DNA of 64,000 nt. Origin: an uncultured Actinomycetota bacterium (GTDB taxonomy: Bacteria; Actinomycetota; Actinomycetes; JAFAQI01). A program made the position numbers and the translations under genes. A model generated the notes under the pieces. It was not told the origin of the DNA. It saw nothing but the letters and a program-made list of their open reading frames with translations, and ran no database searches. This document shows positions 9,545 through 18,698 of the stretch, piece by piece (position 1 is the stretch's first letter; each line of letters begins with the position of its first letter). Location of the stretch: contig CAWIFV010000004.1 of the NCBI GenBank assembly GCA_963835405.1, forward strand, positions 135,506 through 199,505, read 5' to 3'.

Positions 9545-12211
9545 GTGGCGGCGGTTCGCGCCGACAGTCTCCACGTGGGTTGGCGCACGAGCATCCTCCC
9601 CGCGGTGGACGTCTGCCTCCTGGGTGCGGGCGCGGCCGCGGCGACCTTTGCCGGGCTGCGCCGGGCACGCCGTTGCGACCGCGCCGACCGGCGGGTCTGG
9701 CTGTTCATGGTCTGCGCCGTCCTCGCCGAGGCCGCCGGCCGGACCGCCTCGTGGGGGCAGGCGGCGGCCGCCCTGCCGCGGTTGCCGGCGGCCGCGCCGC
9801 TGCTGCACGTGCTGGCGTCCGGGCTGGCCGCCACCGCCATCGTCGGCATGCGCGCCAAGACACCGGACCGGGCTGCGGCCAAGCGGATGGTTCTCGACGC
9901 CGCCACCGTCACCGTCGCGCTCGTCCTCGTCACCAGCAACGCCGCTTTCGGCGCCGGCGGGCTGGCCGCGGTCGGCAGCCGCCCCCTCGCGGGACTGCTC
10001 AGCGCGTCCGACGTCGTCCTCGCCGTCCTGGCCCTCGTCACGCTGTCCGCCGCGCGCCACCCCGGCGGCACCGATGTCCGGTCGCTGGTCGCGATGTGCT
10101 CCGGCCTCGCCGCCATCGCGGTCGGCGACGCCGGGATCAACGGCGTCGCGGTCGGCGGCGCGGTCGCGCCGGGTCAGCCGTTCGAGGTCCTCGTCGGCGG
10201 CGGCCTGCTGCTGCTCGCAGCCGGCGCCTTCGTCACGACCGACGTCGACGGGGACGCGGCGATGCCGCGGCGGGAGTGGATCGCGGTCTGCGCCGCCGTC
10301 GGCCCCGTCGTCCTCGCCGCGCTGGCGGTCGCGGGCGCTCAGCTGACCGAGGGGCATCTGCCCGTCAGCGTCGCTCTCGGTGTCGTGGGGCTCTCGGCAT
10401 TGCTGCTTGCGCGCCTCGTCGTCGCCTCGATCGACAACCTCGCCCTGTCGCGCACGCTCGAGTCGCAGGTGGCCGAGCGGACGCTCGAGCTGCTGACCCG
10501 CGAGCAGTGGTTCCGGGCGCTCGTGCAGCACTCCTCCGACGTGGTGACCGTCATCGACTCGGCAGGGGTCATCCGCTACCAGTCGCCGGCGGTCGAGCAT
10601 CTGCTCGGCCGTGACCCCCTCGACCTGATCGGCTCGCCGTTCGTCGCGATGCTCGACCACGACGACGCGAGCCGGCTGACGGCGACGCTGTCCAGCGCGA
10701 TCACCCGGCCGGGCTCGTCGTTCGTCGTCGAGCTGCCGCTCGAGCACGCGGACGGCACCCGGCGCGACACCGAGACGGTCGTGACGAGCCTGCTCGACGT
10801 GCCGGACGTGCGGGGCCTGGTGCTGAACACGCGGGACGTGAGCGAGCGCAAGCACCTCCAGGAGCGGTTGGCCCACCAGGCCTACTACGACGCGTTGACC
10901 GGCCTCGCCAACCGGACGCTGTTCCACCACGAGCTCGTCGCCTCGCTGCGCGTGTCGGACGACGGTGGCGTGGCGGTGCTCTTCTGCGACCTCGACGGCT
11001 TCAAGGCGGTCAACGACTCCCGCGGGCACGAGGTCGGCGACGAGCTGCTGCGCGTGGTCGCCGAACGGTTGCGGCACTGTCTGCGCCCGGCCGACCTGGT
11101 CGCCCGTTTCGGCGGGGACGAGTTCGCCGTCCTCGTGCGGGACCCGGCCGCCCTGGCTGCCGCCCGGCACGTCGCCCAGCGCATGGCCGAGTCGCTGCAG
11201 TCGCCGATCGTGCTGGACGGTCGGGAGCTGCGCGTCGGTGTGAGCATCGGCATCGCCGCGATGGCGGACGGCGCCGGCACCGCCGACGTACTGCTCCGCA
11301 ACGCCGACCTCGCGATGTACCGCGCCAAGGCGGACCCGCACCAGTCGGTGGTGGTCTTCGAACCCGCCATGCACGACGCGCTCCTCGCCCGGCTGGAGGT
11401 GGAGGAGGACCTGCGGACCGCGCTGGGCAGTGGCGAGCTGGTCCTGCACTACCAGCCCACCGTGTCGCTCGCCACCGGCGCCATGGAGGGGGTCGAGGCG
11501 CTGATGCGCTGGTACCGCCCGGGGCGCGGCATGGTGCGCCCGGACACCTTCATCGGCATCGCCGAGGACAACGGGTTCATCGACGCGATGGGTCAGTGGG
11601 CGCTGTTCGAGGCGTGCCGGCAGGGAGCCGAGTGGCAGCAGTACGCCACGCCGGACCGCCCGTTCAGCATCGGCGTCAACATCTCCGCCCGGCAGGTCAC
11701 CCCGGCGCTCGTCGACATCGTCGCCGCCGCGCTGGCGGAGTCGGGGCTGCCTCCGCGCGCCCTGCTGCTCGAGATGACCGAGTCGGTCCTGCTCGGCCGC
11801 ACCGAGGAGGCGATCCGGGTGCTGAAGGCGATCAAGCGGCTGGGCGTGCGGCTCGCCATCGACGACTTCGGCACCGGGTTCTCGTCGCTGTCCTACCTCG
11901 CGCGGTTTCCCGTCGACGTCCTCAAGATCGACAAGGACTTCATCGACGCGGTCGACGGGGAGGGCGAGCGGACCGAGCTCGCCCGCACCATCGTCGGCCT
12001 GGGCCGGTCCCTGCGGCTGCCGGCGATCGCCGAGGGCATCGAGCGGGAGTCGCAGTGTGCGGCGCTGCGGGAGATGGGCTGCGAGCTCGGGCAGGGGTAC
12101 CTGTTCAGCCGGCCGGTGCCCGGCAGCGGCGTCACCGAGCTGTTGCGCGGCAGCGCCAGCATCGCCACCCCACGGCCGCCCTCGCACGGGGCGATCGCCG
12201 TCAGCGCCTGA
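9545..12211 (+). CDS. membrane-bound PAS - GGDEF - EAL protein (diguanylate cyclase/phosphodiesterase)
   Basis: Start is probably GTG 9545 or 9575 within the longer open frame. About 290 aa of hydrophobic helices, then PAS (FRALVQHSSDVVTVIDSAGVIRYQSPAVEHLLG), GGDEF (ARFGGDEFAVLV) and EAL (VEALMRW, DDFGTGFSSLSYL, KIDKDFI, AEGIE). Confidence 0.88.
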   Translation: MAAVRADSLHVGWRTSILPAVDVCLLGAGAAAATFAGLRRARRCDRADRRVWLFMVCAVLAEAAGRTASWGQAAAALPRLPAAAPLLHVLASGLAATAIVGMRAKTPDRAAAKRMVLDAATVTVALVLVTSNAAFGAGGLAAVGSRPLAGLLSASDVVLAVLALVTLSAARHPGGTDVRSLVAMCSGLAAIAVGDAGINGVAVGGAVAPGQPFEVLVGGGLLLLAAGAFVTTDVDGDAAMPRREWIAVCAAVGPVVLAALAVAGAQLTEGHLPVSVALGVVGLSALLLARLVVASIDNLALSRTLESQVAERTLELLTREQWFRALVQHSSDVVTVIDSAGVIRYQSPAVEHLLGRDPLDLIGSPFVAMLDHDDASRLTATLSSAITRPGSSFVVELPLEHADGTRRDTETVVTSLLDVPDVRGLVLNTRDVSERKHLQERLAHQAYYDALTGLANRTLFHHELVASLRVSDDGGVAVLFCDLDGFKAVNDSRGHEVGDELLRVVAERLRHCLRPADLVARFGGDEFAVLVRDPAALAAARHVAQRMAESLQSPIVLDGRELRVGVSIGIAAMADGAGTADVLLRNADLAMYRAKADPHQSVVVFEPAMHDALLARLEVEEDLRTALGSGELVLHYQPTVSLATGAMEGVEALMRWYRPGRGMVRPDTFIGIAEDNGFIDAMGQWALFEACRQGAEWQQYATPDRPFSIGVNISARQVTPALVDIVAAALAESGLPPRALLLEMTESVLLGRTEEAIRVLKAIKRLGVRLAIDDFGTGFSSLSYLARFPVDVLKIDKDFIDAVDGEGERTELARTIVGLGRSLRLPAIAEGIERESQCAALREMGCELGQGYLFSRPVPGSGVTELLRGSASIATPRPPSHGAIAVSA

Positions 12212-12250
12212 GGCGTTCGCACCCGCCTCGTGCCGGATGACCGGCCGGGC

Positions 12251-12940
12251 TCAGAGCCGGCGCAGCACCGCGGTGACCCGGCCCAGCACGGTGGCGGCGT
12301 CACCGTCGATGGGGTCGTAGGCCGGGTTGGACGGCAGCAGCCAGACATGCCCGTCGCGGCGGCGGAACGTCTTGACGGTCGCCTCGCCGTCGAGCATGGC
12401 GGCGACGATGTCGCCGTTGTCCGCGCTCGGCTGCTGGCGCACGACGACCCAGTCACCGTCGGAGATCGCGGCGTCGATCATCGAGTCGCCCTTGACCTGG
12501 AGCAGGAAGAGCTGGCCGTCGCCGACGAGCTGGCGGGGCAGCGGGAAGACGTCCTCGACCACCTGGTCGGCGAGGATCGGCCCGCCTGCGGCGATCCGGC
12601 CGACGACCGGGACGTAGGCCGGGGTCGGCCGGTCGTCGCCCTCCCCGGTGGCGTCGTCCGGGCCGGGAGGCAGGGTCACCTCGACCGCCCGGGGCCGGTT
12701 GGCGTCGCGGCGCAGGAAGCCCTTGCGCTGCAGCGTGGCGAGCTGGTGCGCGACGCTGCTGGTGCTCGTCAGCCCGACCGCCTCGCCGATCTCGCGCATC
12801 GACGGCGGGTAGCCACGGCGCTCCACCGAGTCGCTGATGACCTCGAGGACCCGGCGCTGCCGGGGCGTGAGCCCGTTGGCGTCGGTCGGACCGTCCGGGA
12901 TCTCCCGGACGGCGCCCTTCGGACGCTCCTGCTTGGCCAC
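12251..12940 (-). CDS. lexA: SOS repressor LexA
   Basis: w[15 protein letters not shown]...[19 protein letters not shown], then the autocleavage/peptidase core [28 protein letters not shown]. Intact 229 aa. An SOS box lies just upstream. Confidence 0.95.
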   Translation of the reverse strand: MAKQERPKGAVREIPDGPTDANGLTPRQRRVLEVISDSVERRGYPPSMREIGEAVGLTSTSSVAHQLATLQRKGFLRRDANRPRAVEVTLPPGPDDATGEGDDRPTPAYVPVVGRIAAGGPILADQVVEDVFPLPRQLVGDGQLFLLQVKGDSMIDAAISDGDWVVVRQQPSADNGDIVAAMLDGEATVKTFRRRDGHVWLLPSNPAYDPIDGDAATVLGRVTAVLRRL

Positions 12941-12994
12941 GGCGGGCTCCTCTCCTGCTGGTGAGGGCGACGGTAGCCGTCCGGCGCGCGGAGT

Positions 12995-13010
12995 TCAAAC
13001 ACCTGTTCGA
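12995..13010. promoter_or_regulatory. LexA (SOS) box, one mismatch
   Basis: TCAAAC-ACCT-GTTCGA versus the actinobacterial consensus TCGAAC-N4-GTTCGA. Lies 55 bp upstream of the lexA start. Confidence 0.7.
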
Positions 13011-13023
13011 ACGTGTCGTGAAT

Positions 13024-13046
13024 TTGTCGGGGAGGCGTGGTACAAC
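13024..13046 (+). promoter_or_regulatory. RecA-NDp-like (PafBC-type) DNA-damage promoter candidate facing the LysM gene
   Basis: TTGTCGGGG - 8 nt - TACAAC versus the reported motif tTGTCRgtg-N8-TAnnnT. Two mismatches, including the last -10 base. Confidence 0.4.
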
Positions 13047-13062
13047 TCGTACAGACGTTCGA

Positions 13063-13078
13063 TCGAACGCGTGTTCGG
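13063..13078. promoter_or_regulatory. LexA (SOS) box, one mismatch
   Basis: TCGAAC-GCGT-GTTCGG. Lies between the candidate promoter and the LysM gene start. Confidence 0.7.
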
Positions 13079-13130
13079 GCGCAGTGGTGGACGCAGCGGT
13101 GGACGGAACAGTCGACGGAGGGTGATCACG

Positions 13131-13523
13131 ATGAGCACGATGAGCATGACTGCCTCGCGGAACGTGGCAACGGCGCCCAGCCGGCCCGAGCGGCCCGGGC
13201 GCGAAGCGGGACGGCCGATGGCCCCGCGCCGGGCCCGGCTGACCCGCCGTGGCCGGGTCGTGGTCGTCCTCGTCGCGCTGGTGCTCCTCGTGGTGGGCTT
13301 CTCGATGGGGCGGGTGTCCAGCCAGGCGGCCGGGCCGCAGCGGCACGCCGCACCGGCGACGGTCACGGTCGAGCCCGGTGAGTCGCTGTGGAGCCTGGCG
13401 GCCCGGATCGCCCCGCACGTCGACCCGCGGCTCGTCGTCGACCAGATCGTCGCTCTCAACCACCTGCCCGATGCCGAGGTCGACGCCGGCGAGCAGTTGG
13501 TCGTGCCCCGCGCGCAGGGGTAG
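13131..13523 (+). CDS. membrane-anchored LysM-domain protein (positional counterpart of M. tuberculosis Rv2719c)
   Basis: ATG 13131 is 9 nt after GGAGG. TM anchor VVVVLVALVLLVVGF. C-terminal LysM-like VTVEPGESLWSLAARI...IVALNHL...VDAGEQLVVP. Divergent from lexA and upstream of nrdR. Confidence 0.8.
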   Translation: MSTMSMTASRNVATAPSRPERPGREAGRPMAPRRARLTRRGRVVVVLVALVLLVVGFSMGRVSSQAAGPQRHAAPATVTVEPGESLWSLAARIAPHVDPRLVVDQIVALNHLPDAEVDAGEQLVVPRAQG

Positions 13524-13580
13524 TCGTGCCCCGCGCGCAGGGGTAGTCGTGCCCCGCGCGCAGGGGTAGTCGTGCCCCGC
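13500..13580. repeat. perfect 23-bp tandem repeat, 3.5 copies, containing the LysM gene stop codon
   Basis: GTCGTGCCCCGCGCGCAGGGGTA at 13500-13522, 13523-13545 and 13546-13568, then 12 bp of a fourth copy. Each unit can fold as CCCC-GCGCGCA-GGGG. Confidence 0.95.
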
Positions 13581-13669
13581 TACCCGTAGCTGATCAAGGC
13601 GCTGATCTGCGCTAACTCCGGCAAGCATGGCTCGCGCGGCGACACGCTCGGAAAACGTCGGCGTTTCGC

Positions 13670-13698
13670 TTGCGCACCGGCCGAATCCGGCCTACGTT
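13670..13698 (+). promoter_or_regulatory. candidate sigma-A type promoter of nrdR-nrdJ
   Basis: TTGCGC (13670-13675), 17-nt spacer, TACGTT (13693-13698), about 135 bp upstream of nrdR. Confidence 0.4.
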
Positions 13699-13702
13699 CT
13701 GC

Positions 13703-13750
13703 CCCCAACATCTTGTGTTACACCGTTGTAGTTTCCTCCACAGGTTGTGG
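13703..13750. promoter_or_regulatory. two candidate NrdR boxes (13703-13718 and 13735-13750)
   Basis: CCCCAACATCTTGTGT matches 12/16 and CCTCCACAGGTTGTGG matches 9/16 of the consensus acaCwAtATaTwGtgt. Centres are 32 bp apart, the spacing reported for tandem NrdR boxes. They lie immediately downstream of the candidate -10. Confidence 0.4.
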
Positions 13751-13833
13751 CACAGGCTGTCCACAGATCCACAGGCAGCGTAGGTCGACCGGCAGCGGTC
13801 GGCCGGCAGTCGACTGGCAGGAGAGGTGAGCGC

Positions 13834-14388
13834 GTGCACTGCCCGTTCTGCCGCCATCCGGACTCGCGGGTCGTCGACTCGCGGGAGGCCGACGACGGCA
13901 CCGCGATCCGCCGCCGCCGCTCGTGCCCGGAGTGCGGCCGCCGGTTCACCACGCTGGAGACCACGGCTCTGTCGGTGGTGAAGCGGTCGGGGGCGACGGA
14001 GCCGTTCCAGCGCGGCAAGGTGGTCGACGGGGTGCGCAAGGCCTGCTCCGGGCGGCCGGTGAGCGAGGACGCGCTGGCGCTGCTCGCGCAGCAGGTCGAG
14101 GAGGCCATCCGCTCGCGCGGCTGTGCGGAGGTGCCGGCCAACGACATCGGGCTGGCGATCCTGGCGCCGCTGCGCGAGCTCGACGAGGTGGCCTACATGC
14201 GCTTCGCCTCGGTCTACCGATCGTTCTCCTCGCTGGCCGACTTCGAGGCCGAGATCGCGGACCTGCGGGCCGACCGGCCCGCCGACAACCCGGGTTATGA
14301 CGATCCGGGCTCGGCGTACGTCATCAAGTTCGGCGCCGCCCATGATCCGGCGCCGCCCCCGGTGCACGAGGCGTCCGCGGCGCGCTGA
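13834..14388 (+). CDS. nrdR: transcriptional repressor NrdR
   Basis: GTG 13834. Zn ribbon HCPFCRH...[11 protein letters not shown] followed by an ATP-cone. Intact. Confidence 0.95.
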   Translation: MHCPFCRHPDSRVVDSREADDGTAIRRRRSCPECGRRFTTLETTALSVVKRSGATEPFQRGKVVDGVRKACSGRPVSEDALALLAQQVEEAIRSRGCAEVPANDIGLAILAPLRELDEVAYMRFASVYRSFSSLADFEAEIADLRADRPADNPGYDDPGSAYVIKFGAAHDPAPPPVHEASAAR

Positions 14389-14989
14389 GCCTTCCGGCTC
14401 GCGTTCCACCAGGTCCCCGGGGGCGGCGCCGCACCACGCGCCGGAACCACACCAGCACCACCCACAACAGAAGACCACAGGCCCGATCCACGGATTCGGT
14501 GCCTTTGCGCGGACGATTCGCGGCCCGAAAAGCGTTGTTCCCACAGGTAGGAGAGGACCCCATGACAGAGACGGTGAGCGGCTCGCCCACGCCGAGCGGC
14601 CAGCGCGGCACGTCCGGGCGGCGGCAGTCCCGCGGGCTGCGGATCGACCGCGTCTACACGACACCCGGCGCGCACCCCTACGACCAGGTGACGTGGGAGC
14701 GCCGCGACGTCGTCATGACCAACTGGCGGGACGGCTCGGTCAACTTCGAGCAGCGCGGCGTGGAGTTCCCGGACTTCTGGTCGGTCAACGCGACGAACAT
14801 CGTCACGACGAAGTACTTCCGCGGTGCGGTCGGGTCCCCGCAGCGCGAGTCGAGCCTTCGTCAGCTCATCGACCGGGTCGTGCTGACCTACCGGCGCGCC
14901 GGCGAGGAGCACGGCTACTTCGCCACCCCGGACGACGCCGAGGTCTTCGAGCACGAGCTCACCCACATGCTGTTGCACCAGGTGTTCAG

Positions 14990-15020
<31 letters not shown>

Positions 15021-15665
15021 ACGCCCGCGCCGCAACAGGTCTCGGCGTGTTTCATCCTTGCCGTCGACGACACCATGGACTCGATCCTCAACTGGTACCG
15101 CGAGGAGGGGCTGATCTTCAAGGGCGGCTCGGGCGCCGGCCTCAACCTGTCGCGGATCCGGTCGTCGAAGGAGCTGCTGTCCTCCGGCGGCACCGCCAGC
15201 GGGCCGGTCAGCTTCATGCGCGGCGCGGACGCGAGCGCCGGGACCATCAAGAGCGGCGGCGCCACCCGGCGCGCGGCGAAGATGGTCATTCTCGATGTCG
15301 ACCACCCGGACGTCGAGGAGTTCATCGAGACCAAGGCGCGCGAGGAGGACAAGATCCGCGCGCTGCGCGACGCCGGGTTCGACATGGACCTCGGTGGCAA
15401 GGACATCTCGTCGGTGCAGTACCAGAACGCCAACAACTCCATCCGCGTCAACGACGAGTTCATGCGCGCGGTCGAGGAGGGCAAGGAGTTCGGGCTGCTG
15501 GCCCGGCACACCGGCGAGGCCATCGACACCGTCGACGCCCGCGAGCTGTTCACCAAGATGGCGAAGGCGGCGTGGGAGTGCGCCGACCCCGGCATCCAGT
15601 ACGACGACACGATCAACGACTGGCACACCTGCCCGGAGTCCGGCCGGATCACCGCGTCCAACCCG

Positions 15666-16850
15666 TGCTTCCCGGCGGACCAGCGGGTCGTCACGGACAA
15701 GGGACTGGTGCGGATTGGTGACCTCGTCACCCGCGCCGCTGAGGGCGAGATCTTCGCGATCTACACCAACGACGTCACCAACGAGGACGAGCCCGCCACG
15801 CGGGTGCTCGCGACGCAGCCCGAGCGGTACATGGTCACCGGGCGCAACGAGATCGTCGAGCTGCGGTTCTCCGACGGGTCGCGGCTGCGCTGCACGCCCA
15901 ACCACCGGGTGTGGACCACGAACGGGTGGGTGCGCGCCGAGAACCTCACTGCGGACGACCGCGTTGTCCGGTCGCTCGAGTACGCCGCGCGTCCCTTCGC
16001 CTCCTATGAGCTCCCTTCCGCTGCCGTCGATGCGGCGCGCCGTACCGCTGCGCGCACGGTCCTGTCGTTGCCGGAGAAGTGGGACGAGGAGCTGGCGCAC
16101 TACCTCGGCTGGCTGCTCGGCGATGGATGCGTCACCGACGACGCGGCCGTCACCGTCTACGGGAACGAGGCGGACCGGGTGGCCTTCCTCGACCGTCACC
16201 TGGACGTGATCGAGCGGATCACCGGTTTCACGCCGAAGCCGTCGGTGCAGCCGAACGGGACGGTGCAGCTCCGGGTGACGCGGAAGGCTCTGGTCGCCTT
16301 CCTGCGCGCGCTGGGTTTCGGGGCCGGTCACGCGCCTGCCAAGGTGCTGCCCGAGTGTGTCTTCGAGATGCCGGAGCCGATCGCGGCGGCGTTCCTGCGA
16401 GGTCTGTTCGACGCCGACGGGTGCGTCGTCGACCAGCCGAACGGGACGCGTTACGCGGGGCTCGGCAGCCGGTCCGAAGAGCTGCTGCTCGGCGTGCAGG
16501 AGCTTCTCGCGTCCTTCGGCATCCGAGGCAGCATCTACGCGACCGGGACGAAGTGTGCGTCGTTCTCCTACATCCGTAAGGACGGATCCGAGGCCAGCTA
16601 CGGATCGGACGGTCCGTCGTACGACCTGCGCATCACCGGCCGGTCCCTGGTGGAGTTCGCTGCTTGGATCGGCTTCGACCTTCCGGCCAAGGCGGAGCGG
16701 CTGCGCGTCGCAACCGACGAGCACCGCAGGTACGACGTGGACGAGACGGTGCGGCTCGTCTCCCGCGCCTCGGTCGGTTTCGAGACGACCTACAACCTGA
16801 CCGAGCCGCGGAACCACAGTTACATCGTCAGTGGTGTGGTGGTCGCGAAC
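15666..16850 (+). mobile_element. intein 1 of NrdJ (395 aa) with LAGLIDADG homing-endonuclease domain
   Basis: Begins CFPADQRVVTDKGLVRIGDL. Block B is RLRCTPNH. LAGLIDADG motifs LGWLLGDGCV and FLRGLFDADGCV. Ends ...YIVSGVVVAN followed by the +1 Cys of CSEY. In frame and uninterrupted. Confidence 0.9.
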
Positions 16851-17411
16851 TGCTCCGAGTACATGCACCTGGACAACTCCTCGTGCAACCTCGCGTCGCT
16901 CAACCTGCTCAAGTTCCTCAAGGACGACGACACCTTCGACGCGGCGACGTTCGCGAAGGCGGTCGAGCTGATCATCACGGCGATGGACATCTCGATCTGC
17001 TTCGCCGACTTCCCGACGCAGGCCATCGCGGAGACCACGCGCGCCTACCGGCAGCTCGGCATCGGCTACGCCAACCTCGGCGCGCTGTTGATGGCGACCG
17101 GCCACGCCTACGACAGCGAGGGTGGCCGCACGCTCGCCGCGGCGATCACCTCGCTCATGACCGGCACGGCGTACAAGCGCTCGGCGGAGCTCGCCGGCGT
17201 CGTCGGGCCGTACGACGGCTACGCGCGCAACGCCGAGGCGCACAAGCGGGTCATGCGCAAGCACGCGGCGGCCAGCGACAGCGTGCGGCCGGTCGACGCG
17301 GACGCCGCGCGCGTCCTGCACTACGCGACGAAGGCGTGGCAGGAGGGCAACGCGACCGGGGAGAAGAACGGCTGGCGCAACAGCCAGGCCTCAGTGCTCG
17401 CCCCGACCGGG

Positions 17412-18698
17412 TGCCTGACGGCGGACAGCATGGTCACGACCGACCGTGGGCTCGTCCGGCTCGGCGAGCTCGGCGACCTCTACGGCGACAAGTGGCAGGA
17501 CGTCGAGTTCCAGGTCTCGACTGATGAGGGGCCGCAGCAAGCGACGAAGTTCTTCGTCAACGGCGAGGAGCCGACCCGGCGCGTCGTCACCGAGGGTGGC
17601 TACCGGATCCAGGGCACGCTGGCTCACCGCGTGAAGGTCGTGGACGAGGCAACCGGCGAGTGGACGTGGAAGCGGCTGGCTGACGTGCGCGCCGGAGACT
17701 TGATGCCGGTGCAGCTCGGGACGCTGGTGGGCGAACCGCGTCGGGTGTCGCTGCCCGTGCTCGACCAGGCCTATTACGCCGGCGACCGTGGTGTCGTCGC
17801 TCCGGACGCTGTCGACGTCGAGCTGGCGGAGCTCGTGGGCTACTTCATGGGCGACGGCAGCCTGCACGACAAGGGCGTCCGGTTCTGCGTGGCGGACACC
17901 GACCTCGATGTCGTCGAGCGGTTGCGGGTTCTCGGCAAGTCATTGTTCGAGCTCGAGCCCGTGACCCGGCAGCAGCAGGGATACGTCGAGGTGACGCTGC
18001 AGTCGGTGCGCTTGGCACGGTGGTGGCAGGCGGCCGGGTTCGCGAAGGCCCTTCCGTCCGACGGGCACACCGGCAAGGGGTGGACGCCGCGTATTCCGTC
18101 CGCGGTGCTCGAGACCAACGACGGTGAGGTCTACGCCGCCTTCCTGCGTGGGCTCTTCGAGGCGGACGCCTCGGTGACCGCCGGTGCCCCGACCCTGTCG
18201 ACGGCATCGGAGTCGTTCGCCAACGAGGTGCGGACCGTCCTGCTCGCGCTCGGGATGGCCACCACCACGCGCGAGACGACAAGCGGCTGGGGCGGAGCGC
18301 AGTTCCAGCTGCGGTTGCGCAATCTCGACCACGCGCGGGCGTTCTTGCACACCGTGGGATTCATGGGCGGTCGCAAGTCGCGGCTGCTCGACGACACGAT
18401 CCCCGCGCAGGCGGGGAACCGCGACCGGGTCTTCCTGCCACGGCCGCGTGGGACCGGATCGCTCCGGTCGGATCGGCGCATCGGTCGGTGGTCGTCTCCT
18501 CGCTGGGCAAGTCCGGTGGCGTCTCCCGCACGACCGCAGAGCAGCTCTACGCCGAGACCGGTGAGGCGCAGCTGCGCACGGCTCGGTTACCTGTTCGAGC
18601 GGGTGGCGGCCAACGAGGACGGCGGCGTTCAGCCGACGTACGACCTGTCGGTGCCGGCCAACGTCACCTACGTGGCGAACGGGCTGGTCAGCCACAAC
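17412..18698 (+). mobile_element. intein 2 of NrdJ (429 codons) with LAGLIDADG homing-endonuclease domain; internal out-of-frame segment
   Basis: Begins CLTADSMVTTDRGLVRLGEL. Block B is GTLAHRV. LAGLIDADG motifs VGYFMGDGSL and FLRGLFEADASV. Ends ...TYVANGLVSHN followed by +1 Thr. About 130 nt (18447-18578) read sensibly only in another frame. Confidence 0.88.

Noticed and set aside
13500-13580. Possible CRISPR array (also considered for 38099-38150, 47290-47404 and 54305-54394)
   Set aside because: The units are directly adjacent with no spacers, are 14-30 bp long, and no cas genes are present. They are plain tandem repeats.
14389-14561. Cobalamin riboswitch in the nrdR-nrdJ spacer
   Set aside because: I could not find a B12-box-like element. 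The spacer is a C/A-rich tract with no obvious multi-stem structure. In actinomycetes the B12 riboswitch is usually described on the class I operon, not on nrdJ.
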